Program-made: the position numbers and the translations under genes
The notes under the pieces: model-generated
The model's database searches: none
What the model was told of the DNA's origin: nothing
The model's input: only the letters and a program-made list of their open reading frames with translations
Assembly (NCBI GenBank): GCA_964658305.1
Contig: OZ210885.1
Location: 21,018,001 to 21,082,000 of the forward strand
Source: Leptogorgia sarmentosa
Taxonomy: Eukaryota
Reading direction: 5' to 3'
DNA length: 64,000 nt
Shown here: in pieces, positions 48,000 to 61,955 of the stretch
Position numbering within the stretch: the first letter of the stretch is position 1
How the letters are laid out: each line of letters opens with the position of its first letter

Positions 48000-50458
48000 A
48001 TCATCGTTCCATCAATCATCATGAGGAACATCGCGAGGTGTTTTTCATTCTGCGAACCTTACAACCAAAAGGGAGGTGGACGGTTGCCGTTCTTAAGTGG
48101 GTGGATGGGCACATCAAATCTCGAGGCTGAATCACAGGGCGAAATCCGAGTTTTATCATTATTTACGAAAAGGTGTAAAAGTTGTGAAAGGTGTCTTTAC
48201 AGTTTTGCACTCCTAGTGTAAATGCGAGAATAGGTTTATGTTGCTATCTTCTACATTACAAAGCGCATAATTGTTGCTTTAAACTCAAATTTAATGATCC
48301 AACTTTAATGTACCTTTTACAAGGAAGTGTAAATGTTGTTATAGACTCCTTTGCACTTTTACATCACATGGTTAAATGTGAGTGAAATGTTGGGTGGCTT
48401 TATGTAACATTATCACAGGATTAATTTGAATGAGTGTGTTATACGCCTTTTTAACGTTTACACTTCACAATTATTCTATAGGAAAGATTTATTTCACACA
48501 TTCATTAAATGAGAGTACATGTTAAAGCCGGGTACATCTCGATCGCGTTTTGCTCACACGCATGCGTGTTCATAGAGAGTGAATGATTGCCACTCGTTCG
48601 CACTTTTTTGTGCAAAATTGCCATTGAGTGATATATATTCGGCGTATCCAAAATCTTTTTAAATAGTCTTTAAATTCAAAAGCGATCACGATTCACGGAT
48701 AACGACGACTTTCGTAGCTTTTAGTATGAATCCTGGGTGTTTGCAAGTTTATTTATTTTGTTCCCATTGCAATGACTGGGTTTCTGAGTCAACATTACGG
48801 CGACACATGGATGTTGTTCGAAGAATTGGGTTTAAATCGAATATTGCCCGAGGGATAGAGAAAGCTTTGCGGCTGGTGAGGTTTCTGACATGTCATCCGA
48901 CTCTGAGGGCAAACATGCACCAAATACTGACGATCTCACATCACAAGGTACATCGTGCATTATGTTGTGTTTTTACGGTTTTATCTCTCATTTTATGAGA
49001 TCTGAGATCTTTGGCGGAGGGGGGGGCTGATGTAGTGGCCTCGCTACATCACTGTGTATTTGTATGAAAAACCCACATACTTTGAGATTTCAAATAGCTT
49101 TTTCCAAAACACTTGAAAGAATAATGAACTAACTGGCTGGCCATGTCTAGTATTTTTCAGAGGGGTGTTCATATGACCCCTACATAATGGGCTAGCTCTA
49201 CCGATAGGGTTGTACAGGCTTTTGCCAGGACTACCTTGCTATTCATAAACAATTTATAATTGGCTTCTTTAAAGTTATATATTTTATTATGAAGTCCAAA
49301 ATCCTGCAATTATACCAAGCAATTTTTTCAACAACTTATAACCAGCAGACAATTGAGTACCATCCCACAGCTACGTAACTTCATGAAATTGCTTTTGACA
49401 CAGATGGGGTGGCTTTTTTACTCACCGAAATTAGGAGGGCCAGATTTTCTGCCCTATTAGGCGAGATCTTGGATAAAAATTATGGTATTGAGATCTTGTT
49501 TAGGAGGGTTGGCCCTCTATGTAGGGCTCATGTAAATAAGCTTATGGAAACATCCCATGTAATGGCACCTGTGTTTTCACAAGACACTATATCATAGGTT
49601 TCATGGCACTCATATCATAGGTTTCATGGCATAGTCCAGCTGTTAACGACCAAAAAATGCTGAATTGTTCACTTTGATGATAAAAGCATGAAACTTTGCC
49701 ACATTACTAACATCTTAAGTACTAACATTTTTGGATATGGAGCCAAACGAAATTCACTTATGCTAACGAGTAATGCGCATGTCATAAAATACTCAACATG
49801 GAAATGAGGCTGCTTTAATAACCCTAATTTGGGCCGTTTTTTTAAAGATTTTTTTTCCGAAATTTTTCTCATATTAATATATCAGCCATGTTTTTCACTC
49901 TGAAATGTAAAGTATTGTCACGTGACCTATTTCCTGGAAATTAAAGAAATACACGTAGTGCATGCCTGGGATACTGTGGCAAGCTTGAAAATGCGTGGTT
50001 TTAATTTTTTTAAGATCAAATTTGGTGCTTTAAATATTTTAGGAGCATTCCAAAGTAAAAATATAAGACAATGGCAAAACAGCTACAAGTTACTATATTG
50101 CTCACCACTGCGCATGCGCTGAAATGTTGCAAATGAAAAAAAAGAGACAAATCGGTAAAAAGAAGCAAATTTGTCATATGAAAATAATACAACATATACT
50201 ATACATAGTTATATTTGCACGTAACTGTCTCTTTTGCGGTCTCTCTGTCAAATTCATCGATCGGCAATCTGTTCTTTTCCCTTTGCGTAAGCACTCTAGA
50301 CATCATACCATTATCAAGTTCATTAATTGACTTTAATGCCATTTACAACAATAGTGGGCAGCATTAAACATGACTGAACTGATATCTAAGTTTTATATCC
50401 GACTTTAATATTCCACTGTACAATATTCGCGAAATGGCTAAAAAAGTGACCAAAAAAC

Positions 50459-50974
50459 CAGTGGCGGAAATTCAGTTTCCGAGGTGGAGAGGCAAAGCTT
50501 CACGAATTTCCGACAAAATTACATCGTTTTGCTAGGTTTACGATTGCATATTGCTTTACGAAAGCCACTTTATATAGAGGCCAATATATAGAGGACGCGA
50601 TTCAATATGCAACGCGATAACCCCTTTTTCAATATGCTCTGGATAAAATTTTATTAAAAATTTTCTAACTTTCTGACTGCTAGGCTCACGATCACCTACT
50701 TTAATCTACTAAAGTTTTCTTTGTAGGTGGATACTCGCTTTTGAAACTTGAAAAAATTCGTGCTGAATCGCGTTCGATGTGTTTCGGCCTTAAAAGGTTA
50801 CGTTCTCAACAAAAATTCCAATCAATTTGTCGGAAATTTTGATATAATAACTGTTTTATCGGAATAACTCGTGTGTTTTCCGAACTTACAATAAAATGAA
50901 AATTTCCGACAAATTGGCAATTCGACAAGAGGTGGGGGGCAATTGCCCCCCCCCCCCCGAAATTTCCGCCACTG
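50459..50974. mobile_element. 516-bp hAT-type MITE inside Academ
   Basis: TIRs CAGTGGCGGAAATT / AATTTCCGCCACTG and a perfect 8-bp TSD CAAAAAAC (50451-50458 and 50975-50982). Confidence 0.92.
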
Positions 50975-51107
50975 CAAAAAACCATTCATAAAACTCGATA
51001 ATCTGAATGCTCATACTTTTAACTCTTTCTCTAACCCTAATAGTTCTCATAGAAAATAGAAGGGTGCTTTTGGCTCGCCTTTTTAGCCATCCCAAGACTA
51101 TATTTGC

Positions 51108-54100
51108 TCACAATTTCTCCTTACAATTGCCGCCACAATTGCACAAACCTGTACATGCCAAATTAGCTTTCATGCAATTGCAACGTCCTCTACACGCGGT
51201 TTTACAACCGCATCGAATAAGTTCGTAGCACGTATCCTTCGCTTGTGGAAGTGTCGTCCAGTATGGCACCCAGGAACTGCCGTCACGCTGCCACCCCCAG
51301 TCAGCAGGAGAAGGTAATACTGGACTCTTCACAAGAGTCTGAGACCATATGTATCCACCTTGAAATACTGCTCTCTTTGCGTGTTGTAAAAGCGCTGCTC
51401 GAGTGGGTGGAATACTATCTAGACTTCTTGACTTCTTTGAGAATAACTCTTGCCTCACTTCGTTTACACTTTTCAGGCTGCTTGTTCGATCATAGAGCAG
51501 AACCACAAACATCTCTATTGTTGCCATGCACTCTTCGTTGATGTCTGCAGGTGATGCTGCCAGCACTTCGATTACCGGTGTCAGTTCGGGAAAAACGTTC
51601 CATACATCCCAAGCGGTCTTCTTTCCTCGTCCACAAAAAAATGATACTGTGTCGCATCCAGTTAAGGAGTGAAACATCAGTAGTGCTGACGCTTTCTCTC
51701 GACCTAGCGACGCGGCTATGGAATGTGCAGGAATGTTGCGTAGATGCTTTCCGGTGCCGTATGCGACCCATACCTCATCAATGGAAATACTGCTAGCTAC
51801 TGAAATTGCTAACACAACTACATCGGTATCATTGCTTCTGATCTGTATTCGACGATGGCCGCACATGGTAGCATCCAACGCATGTAACATTAAGCGAGTA
51901 TCTGCCTCTTCATGGGAGCATGGTTCGAGCGTATTCATTTCGACTCGGTTGGCAGAAGACAGGACATGTTCGCCATGTGTGGTGTAGATCTCCTTGCCAT
52001 CAGGGATTGTCAGTGAAACCACCTAAAATGATTAATAAGATGATGGTATTAAAATATTGTTCAATCAATTATCCTGTACTGTGTTTTACCCCCATATGTT
52101 TTACCCGTATTTGCTAACCCTCTAGCGTTCATTTGACGAATAAAATCATCTGGTGTTAGTTGGTGAGTAAAATACTAAAGTTTTAATACAGGCGTTACAG
52201 GGTTAAACATCCATTTCTACATAACATGTAGCACTGTATTTAAATATATTACCACTACTATTATTATTACCATGTTAGCAAGAAGCTTGAAAAGTTTATC
52301 CTTGTTGTCATCAACACGCATAAATCCTTTCCAGTCTGAGGGGATTCGCGTTGTAGGAAGAACTTTCCGTCGTTGTCCACTGCCTCTCTTTTCCCGAGCA
52401 GATCTCTTCAATGTATCTTCTCGATACACATCCCACACTAGGTCGACTCGGTTCACTGCATCAAGTTGTCTCAGGATATACGGGGCGAACACAGTATTGA
52501 AGTACTCCTCAAATGTTTGTGCCATTCGTGGTTTTAACATCTGGACAATGACGGCTCCGTCAAGAATGATTGCATCCACGGTTGGTTGTTCCATGGTCTG
52601 TGTTGTAGTGTTGTGCAAGCATTTCACCAGATCTGCCTTCTGCCCTCCTCTGAGATTGCCCGCTTGAGAGAGTGATATAGGCCACGGCTGGTTTTCGAAC
52701 TTGAAAAAATCCTGCAGATTTCCATCTCGGCTTTGACAAGCTATGTAAAGCCTAGAAAACAGAGCACAGTCCTCCTTCAAGACCGCTACTTTGGCTTTAG
52801 TTTTCGACATGACCTTAGTGTTTGGAGTGTTGAATGTAGGCAGTTTATTTTTCTTCAGAGGCTCTGTAATTGGCGTACTCCGGTTGGTAAACCGCTCTTT
52901 CACGAAGGTTTGGAACTGCTCCATTCCAATCTTTTTCACGTTGCGCACGGTGTTGACAACATCATTACTCATGATGTCCTTTGTGTGGATTGCTATGAGC
53001 TCCTCGCCCTGTTCCATAAATGGATTTCCTAATTCTTCAAAGGAACCGATCACATTTTTGGCGAACGCGCTCTGGACGCCTGGTGTCTGCTCATGGTGGT
53101 TGCGTGAATCAGAATTATAGACGTTACATTCAAATTCCTCCACCATTCTTGTTACCTCTGGTCCTGCGACCATCCATCTTCTGAGGGCTGCAGGGTTTTC
53201 GGTGAGTCCAACAGCACCTCCGTCGCCTTTGACTATGGCATTAACTTGTTCGTGTGCGTGGTCCAGTGCTATGGAAGAAAACGACCTCCTTGTCTTATGA
53301 ACTACAAAAAAACCTCTCACAAATTGTGTATAGACCTCTGGATGTCGGACTGCAAGCTCGCACATATCTCGATAATGGACAGATAGCCATCTGGCGTAGT
53401 TGGGATGGTCCATGGCAAACATCCATGGTAAAATCTGCTTGATGGCGTTGACGTACAGGGTAAAGTTGGCTTCTCTAAACTTTCACAAGCTGAAAAACGC
53501 AGAGCTGCAACTCCAATACTCCAGACCAATACAAAAACTGCGGACATTTCTCCGACATCTCTTCTCTCCATTCATGAAAAGATTTGAGCTGATCATTTTC
53601 TTCAACATTAAGAGTGTATTCATCGTATCCTTTCACCATGAGCATGTGTAGACTAACTGCTGTAACTTGGTGTGCTCGTCGCGTTCGAGTTAGATGACTT
53701 GCTGCAAGGAATGAATTAGCTACGCCTTGTGTAGCCACACCTGCATTGCAGAGAGCCTCTGCCCATCCGCTACCGCTCAGCCACTTTCCGAGCATCTTGA
53801 AGGCCGCCATTTCTATGTGAAGTCCACCAAGCATGATGACAAATTGATCTTCATTGAATATTTCATTGAACGTCCACTGAATTTGTTTCGCGAGAGCAAA
53901 CAGTGGCTGATCTACTGCGACAACTGGGATTTGTGTAGGATTGACCTGATTTACAGCTGCTTTGATCACTTTCAAGGAATGTGCTATCATAGCAACCGAG
54001 TGGGCGTTCTCTATAAACATCGGTAACAGTGAAATGATGGCTGGCTCGTGACTCGACAACATGGATTTTGAAGCGCGATATGCCGCCCATGATAAGAAAT

Positions 54101-55880
54101 CATCTTTCTCCAGGTTTTCTTTAGAGAGAAGTTGCAGAGTATTATCCAGCCAATCTTGTTCAGGACAGGGCTCACTACTATTTAGCATCACTTGAGGATC
54201 TACCGTCAGCTGTTCTTTAGATTCCGGTGCGTAAAAATTACTGGGGCGTAGGTACATTGGTGGTACTTGACTGTAACTCGATGGTAGTTGGGCTATCTTC
54301 TTCGACACGGAAGTTTTTGTTGGGTCAATGATGTCAACGGCTCTATCAATTCCCGGTTCTTGCATTGTTGGGTGTTGGACCAATGAAATTGCGGTGCCAT
54401 GGAATGAATCATGCGAACTCGTTGAGCTTGGATTGTGGTCGATGTTATCAACTGCTGCAGTAGTGAACAGTCCTTCTTTAAGTTTTGACGGGCATACGAC
54501 TCCTTCCCTTTCGTACCGTTTTATAACACTATTGGTAATCTCAGTAGATATAGAAAGTAGCCGATCGTACGAAATAGACATCCCCAACTTGTAAAATAAA
54601 TCTACAAGAGATCTATCCCTCGTTGCTCCATGAATTTTCAGTGCTGTATAAATTGGTAGTGGGGTTCCTCTAGATCTCACATGACGAGATTTGTTGGTAG
54701 ACTCATTTCGACTTCGCGCGATGCTGTTGAATATGATTAGCTGAGCAATTGTCAGACATGCCTGACTGCCCACCGGCAACGCGTCTATCTTGGTAGTTGG
54801 ACCTTTGATAATCAAGCCTATCAAAGTTTTAAGGGAAGGCGGGATGGCATCGTTTTGACATTCTGGGGCAAATGTACCGTCAAAACAGTTATGTATTTGT
54901 AGAATGTCTCTTCTTATAATATTTGCAGCTTTAGCCAAATGACATGCTTCTGAATCATTCTTGGCTTGCTCTAACACTCCCCCTATTTCATGTTTAAATG
55001 CCAGTAGCACTTCTCGTCCTTGGTTATGTGCTGTGAGGTCAGGAAAAGCCGAGAGTACTCTTTCTTTCAGTCTTGTAGCATTAACATTTCCGGATTCAAT
55101 TCCGAGTTCCTGCTGTTTTGATGAGAAAAATTTGACGATATCGGAAAGCTTGAGTACTGGAAGATCTTCATATTCAAGCTGTTCGTTGATGTAGGCAATC
55201 AACTCTGCAAAAGCCAGTTCATCTAAACCAGTTGGCGAACTCTCAGGGACAGAATCAGTGGTTGACGCTTTGAATTGCCTCGCTCGATTATAAAGACTGA
55301 CTAAGCACTTTGCATGGTACTTCGCTTCAACTGCGATCAAATCACCAACTGACATCTTTGAAATAAGTTTCCCGTCATTCAACAAATTAGCACATTCCCT
55401 GACCTTTCAGTCGACTTCGAGTGTGGAAGCAGAATGAAGATTTGTTGTGCTATCTGCAGAATCGCAAAAGAAACAGTGGTTTTCTGGCAGACAACTTGAA
55501 GCATTACTAGATCGCCTGGCCTTTATTGGGCTGGAACTACTTACATCTATGATTTGTTCACAATCGTCTCTGTCCTCTTCCTCTGCTATTGCCGATAATT
55601 TTCTTTTCTTGGCACGCTCTAACTTGGTATTGCTGAAAAGGTCTCGACAAGACTTGTGCCAGGAGGCTTTTTTATTCAAAAGAGTCTGCTCTATTCCAAG
55701 ACCTTCATCGAGACGTTCCACATTTAAACATTCAGGGGTAATTTCTAGCTTCTGGAATTCTTTGAGATTGCAAACAAATGAAGTGTAGCCAACACCAGCA
55801 TCTTTACGCTTTGAGTTTGCAGGACATTGTAATTTTTCAACGGAACGTTGTTGGCAAATAATGCACAGATCCCAATCCAT
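51108..55880 (-). pseudogene. Academ transposase with XPG/FEN-like nuclease and a C-terminal Cys cluster; one stop, one frameshift, one intron
   Basis: AAVDNID..HGT, DQPLFALAKQIQW, LGGLHIEMA, HEEADTRLMLHA, SNDTDV, TGCDTVSFF, CGCKTACRGRCNC..C..LCNC. Stop at 55407-55409, frameshift at ~53470, intron 52270-52023. Confidence 0.88.
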
Positions 55881-58440
55881 GATTTTTAAAAATCTTTAGT
55901 AATAGTTTCTAACGTAGAGAATGATAAAAAAAACATGGCAATTGGGGATTCTTTATTCGTTTCGTACAGAAGTAGAAAATTTCGTGAGTTACTAATGCAG
56001 ATAGAAACAAAAAACCCTAAGATAACATTAAAAATGTCTTACCTTTTATGACTGTAAGTGCCAAAGACGGCCGCCAGCTTGAAATCGCGTGTGAGAAGCC
56101 TGGGCTCTAATTTAATTTAATTTCCAGGAAATAGGTCACGTGACAATACTTTACATTTCAGAGTAAAGAACATGGCTGATATATTAATATGAGAAAAATT
56201 TCTGAAAAAAAATCTTTAAAAAAACGGTTCAAACTAGGGTTATTAAAGCAGCCTCGTTTCCATGTTGAGTATTTTATGACATGCGCATTACTCGTTAGCA
56301 TAAGTGAATTTCGTTTGGCTCCATAGACAAAAATTCGACGTAATTAGATTCTGCGCAATCGATCCGATGCACAACCTTTTCCTGGGAACTGCAAAATATG
56401 TTTTCAAGTTATGGGTCTCTGATGGCCACCTTTCCAAACAGCAATTAAAACAAATTGAAGAAAGATTGGCTACAATGTAGGTTCCTCCGGAGATGGGACG
56501 TTTGCCAAAAAATATATCATCTAACCATGGTTCGTACACAGCTGACCAATGGAAGAACTGGACACTAGTTTACTCCATTTATGCACTAAAAGATATACTG
56601 GAAGCTGAACATCGTAAATGTTGGCAAGCATTTGTGTTGGCATGTGGCTACCTTTGCAAACCGGTCCTTAGTCAAGACGGTGTTGTCGTGGCAGATAGCA
56701 TGCTGTTAAAGTTCTGCAGAAACGTTGAAGCCGCAGCTACTAACTATCAGTCCTTTGATGAGACAATTTCGTTGGTGTGATGGGTTATAGGTAATATATC
56801 TTGTTATACTATTTGCTTATATTTGTGAAGCCACCACCTATTAGCCATATGGAGGTTCGATTCTTGCTTAACTTCATATGATAATAGAGAGGTAGCTATA
56901 CCACTATAATACCAGCTGAATATTTCCATACACAGATTAGTTTGTTTAAGGTACTATTTAGATGTTTGAACCTTTGCATTTACCATTCCCTTACAGAATT
57001 TGGAATGCAAGCTGAAGAATGAAAGTTAACAGTCCTAGCAAGAAGCACGCGAGTTACTCATGTGAAGACATTTCGCCGGAAGGAACGCTGTTAGTCAAGC
57101 ACAACCACATAGTAATAGGTGAACCATTCAGATGCCCGTACATGGTGTAAGTAGAAACGTATAAATATGAGTAGTAGAAACATGTAAATCCCAATTTAGA
57201 ACAACTATGTAGTCCAGGAGGAACAGGCATTATGTGTGCAGTGCTTGATTGAATCATTCCTTGTTTCAGTCAGTGATTGGATAATGATTATGTTTACCAG
57301 TTTATTATAAATAGGTGTAAATTACTAATAAATACTTTATTGGTGTAAGTGTAGATATCCTATCATATCTTAGACTCGTGATTAATAATTTTATACAATT
57401 ATGAAACATTGTTTATGTAATTATTTAGGTAATTATGGGTGTTAACAAGCATAAAAAATGTGTACTGGTGTAAGTCTATTATGTCTATTACAGGCGATTC
57501 ATTTAATATATAAGGGGGGTTAAATACGTAACTCATCTGCTCATTCCTGGTAGTGGTTGAACAATAGAATCCTGGTAAACAAGGTATTATGGTAGAACAT
57601 TCATGTGTTATTATTATAGCAAATGCAAATATTTGTGTGAAATTGTGCAAATTTGTACAAAATTTCAAAAAATCAAACTTCTATACATAAACATTCATGG
57701 TACATAATTTAGTATTAACACCACTTATAATTCTATAAGAAAAACTTCAATGGAAAAATTAGCTTACTTGTCTTGGGCCACATGTATCTAATTGCACCAT
57801 ACTTTTACACACAAGATAAAAATTATGTAGAAGTTGACTTGCATTTAAAAATGTTTAACATGGTAAAAACAATTTACTCATGCTGTAACAATTTAACAGT
57901 AGTTACTGTAACCCACTTACATTAATGTACGTTTACTCATACATTATACATGTATATTTACTTTTTTTGTAAGAAGCCCAATATAATTTGCAGTTGGCTG
58001 AATGACAAGCTAACCAGGTCAAAATCCATGTCTTCGAAAAATAAGTTTGATAGTTAATTTGGTTGGTGAATGTTGAAAGGAGATACAGTAGTAAATGAGA
58101 CTGAAATCTCATCTATAATAGTGCATAGAAATTTGTGCCTGGCTTAATGCACTTGACAACCATGTTATCAATTTGTAAAATTTGTAGAAAACACTACATG
58201 GTTATTTTTGCACAGGTTTTCAATCTATATCCAGGATTGTCATCAGTGCATTAAACTAACCAATTACAGTAATTGCAGTGATGATGATCAAGGCACACAT
58301 TTACTATAAATATACATGTTTTCTATAAATATATGTGTTTTCTACAAAACAATATTCATGTGAACTTTTAACCAAGAAAGTACTGTACTCAAGACTGTGA
58401 TTGTGTATTACTTGATCTCAATACACAAGTGCTAAACAAA

Positions 58441-59006
58441 TCAGCACAGTAAGGTCAATTGTGATATTAAACTTTCAATGGTAGGTCGCTTTGAAGGGGT
58501 TCCATGAATGCATTGAACAGCAATCTTCCGTAAATCTTCATGTCGATTGTAGTGACAAATTAAGGATATTACCTGACACAATGAGTATATATCACTTGCA
58601 GCTGACTGTTTTGCCCTCCCCCTGACTACTTCAGGAGCAATGTGGCGATGGTATTTCCCATACCTCTCTTGGTCTTTTAAACTTAATTTATATATTTTAT
58701 CCTTGCTTATCTCCTTCATTTTGCCAAAATCAATAACTGCTGTATATTGATTAGCTGCATCCCCAGCCCCATTCCTTACCATAATGTTGTCACCTTTAAT
58801 GTCACAATGAATATAGTTCTTGCTGTGAATATGGGAGAGTGCAAAGCAACAATCTTTGAGGATATTGGCCCATATTGCCAGTGTCGAAAACATCTTCCTT
58901 TCAGCAGTTTTACTTAATGTCAGGCATTCACCATCAAGCCCGTATAACTCCAACACAAGGAAATATGGTTTGACAGTTGTATTTACACCAAATACAAATG
59001 GTAAGC
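58441..59006 (-). CDS. Protein kinase C-lobe exon (non-RD, HCD); the N-lobe is disrupted
   Basis: IHCDIKGDN, IDFG, HIAPE, SDIYSL, PSKRPT. Splice acceptor at 59007. Confidence 0.8.
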
Positions 59007-59249
59007 CTTACGAAAAAGAGAGAAAATTCTTTATTTGAAAATCACTCCATACAGTACCACGAATCAATGTACTGTACAATAGATAATGAACTTAACACAG
59101 ACAACAAACTATCATAAAAGTATTAAAACCAATCAAACCATACCACATTGGAACAAATAAAAAGAATGAAGTAGCATGCAGGGGATGCATCTCAGCCTCA
59201 TGGGTTTGAATATGGCGTCATATCACCGCCAATATTCATGTATATCATG

Positions 59250-59575
59250 CTTTCGACATTGAAGTAAAATAGGACATTCAGCACCTAAGTGCTTTCGACA
59301 TTGAGGATAAATCTGACATTGAACATGCATTACATTCAACATATTTTCGACATTGAAGTAAAATAGGACATTCAGCACCTACGTGCTTTCGACATTGAAG
59401 ATAAATAGGACAGAACATTCAACATATTTTCGACATTGAAGTCAAATAAGACATTGAACACCCATGTGGTTTTGACATTGAAGTTAAACCGGACATTGAA
59501 CATGCCGCGAATTTAGCACCCATCACAACTTCAACGTTCAAAATATGTTGAAAAAAAATCATCACATGTTGAATA
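59250..59575 (+). repeat. Subterminal GACATT[G/C]A array
   Basis: About 12 copies of (TTC)GACATT(G/C)A, with higher-order duplication such as 59251-59286 versus 59345-59380. Confidence 0.88.
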
Positions 59576-59781
59576 TTGGCGGAGTTAAACGATAGCGTCA
59601 AATCTCCGCCAATATTAATTAAGCTAACACAAGACAACCCCCCTGCCTAATTCATTCGTGTCCAGATCTCCAATGCCATCTCCTGAGTGAAAGACAAATA
59701 TGGCGTCGGGAGGGGATACACACTGGATACACGAGCCGTTAAATCACTAGTACTGCTCCGGCCTCCGCCCTCTTGAACAAG

Positions 59782-61375
59782 ATGGCGGAGGCTGGAGCAG
59801 TACTGCCTCGTGGGGATACAGTAGGACCGATCGAAACTGCTGATCTAGTTACTGCCTTAAACACTGTTGAAGACCTAATATACAGGTTAGATTCTTTAAA
59901 TGACCCGGATTGTTTTGAGGGAATAACTTTAAGGCTTGACGTACTTAAGAGATATTTTGTCAATGTTGGTATCGATGACAGGACATTTGAGTTGGTTGAC
60001 ACGGCCTACCAGGCATTACATCAATGCGAGCAACGTTTTAATGCCTCCAGGAATAGCACGGGTCCGAGAAAAATATATACTGGCAGGCGTGGAAAACCTT
60101 CGTTTGATATAAACGGAGAGCAAGTAAACTTTTTGTTGGAGCAGGGTTTTAATGTGAATGAAATGAGCAACATGTTGGGGGTTGGCAAAAGAACATTGGA
60201 ACGTAGGATGCAATCATTTGGCTTAAGTGTTACTGGTAAGTTATGTATACTTTATGGATAGAAATCATTTTCCACAAAATATTGTCTATTCGTCCAGTTC
60301 TGTAGATTAATAAATCTACATGTGCTAATTAAGTACCAGTACATAATATTATATCACAATTATATGTGGAAAATGACACACAACACAACTATGTCACTGT
60401 ATATCAGTGATGATGTACACAGACTATCCATTTTAATATTTTGTTATAATTTAATGCATTGTTTCCCTAGTTTTTAAAATATTTTACACACAAATTATTA
60501 TCACTAATTAATTTATGTTTTTTCCATAATTTATATATTTTTTCCCCTTGAATTTTACAGCTACTTATAGCATCATGGTTTGAATTAACTAATACTGTCA
60601 TTGGTTGATGATAGTGCAGTATAAGACAATTTTAATCTGTGCTTTTGTTGCTACGATATATTTAGGAAGACAATGTTAATGAATTCATAGATTCTGTTGC
60701 CGGGGAAACACAGATACATTGGGGAAAAAATCATTTGAAAATTTTTAAGTATTTCAAAAACCTTTCCTGTATACTAGGTAAAAGCATTCATAACCAAAGA
60801 ATTGAGAGGCTTTGGCGTGACATATTCCAAGGATGCACTGGTGTCTTCTATGATCTATTCTGCGAGATGGAGGGGCTTTGCTGGATCCGAACAACGACAC
60901 ACACTTGTGGTGCCTTCATTCAATCTTTCTCCCATTGATTAACAACCATTTGACATCCTGGAAAGATGCCTGGATTCAGCACCCACTTAGTTCGGAGAAG
61001 AATAAGACCCCTTTGCAACTGTGGATACAAGGCCTAAATGCCATATCAATGACAAATTCCACAGTGGCACGCGAAGTCTTTCAGGTTGGGGTCAACAACC
61101 TTTTATGTTTCCCAACCATGCATGTCAATTATGTGTTTATGATTTCTTCATTACTCCATTAGGAAGGTGAAGACTATCAGAATTATGGAGTCGACTGGGA
61201 AGAAGCAGTTGGGGAAATAGAACCCGATATGGTGGAAGTTCCCGAAACTAACTCTGGGTTGAGTGAAGAGCAAGCTAATGAAATTAGGAGCCAAATCCCA
61301 GCCAACGTAACAATTAATAATGCTTTTGATATTTATTATGATATTCTGAACAGATCATTAACAATGCTAGGTTGA
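59782..61375 (+). pseudogene. IS3/rve-type integrase-core transposase with HTH; the central catalytic exons appear deleted
   Basis: GRRGKPSFDI..FLLEQGF...LGVGKRTLERRM (HTH); [15 protein letters not shown] (catalytic E); [28 protein letters not shown]. Frameshift at ~60875. No D..D exon found. Confidence 0.78.
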
Positions 61376-61955
61376 CGAAATGGCCATATGGCAAAAAGTG
61401 TAAATGATACTTAATTTAGATTAATCATGGATAATAAAATAAATATTTTATTACGTGGATAATAAAATAAATATTTTATTATCCATGATTTAATTGAAGT
61501 GGAAAAGCCATAACGAAATGAACAGGATGCAATAAACACGATTATTGTATAATCTTTATTTTAATCTTTATAATCTTTATGTGCAGGCTGTCAAGAGGCG
61601 GTCAAGTCAAATCTTGAGGGCTTCCAATGTAAACAAAATGAAATCTTGTGTTTGTTTCTTTGTATGTTTGCATGGTGATAAAATATAATAGGTTTTGTTT
61701 GTGGAAACACCACGTAAATTTATTACTGCATTATTACTGCATTTTGTTTGAATTGTTTTGAAATCTTATAAATCACAAACTCTCAGACCAAGCAACCAGA
61801 ACAAAGTTACTGTTAGATGTTGACAAAGAATATTCCTAGTTTATAAGTATGGTACAGAAATGATGGTGTGTCCATCCGAATGTTAAAATTGGATGCAAAT
61901 AACAAAACCATATTATATAGTGCAAATGCAGTTGAATTGTTAACCACTCAGCTAA

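Larger units (their letters stand above)
49632..56333 (-). mobile_element. Academ (AcademX-type) DNA transposon; the outer part of the right TIR is deleted
   Basis: About 215-bp inverted repeats at 49727-49944 and 56117-56333. The left end is at TAGTCCAG (49632). Encodes a DDE + XPG-like + Cys-cluster protein. Confidence 0.85.
48166..56780 (+). mobile_element. CACTA/EnSpm-like transposon relic interrupted by Academ
   Basis: N-terminal YLFCSHCNDWVSESTLRRH (~48750). Transposase piece FDVIRFCAIDPMHNLFLGTAK...GRLPKNI..YTADQWKNW (56334-56730). TGTAAA-rich left end. Linking the two pieces is inferred. Confidence 0.55.

Noticed and set aside
49736..49745. TATGG start suggesting another IS3EU-like end
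   Set aside because: It is internal to the Academ TIR. The inverted match extends beyond it, and the left end maps to TAG at 49632.
59250..59575. CRISPR-like appearance of short repeat arrays (also 2733-2915, 29990-30260, 23914-24327)
   Set aside because: The intervening sequences are themselves repeated or too short to be unique spacers, there are no cas genes, and the context is eukaryotic TE-subterminal.
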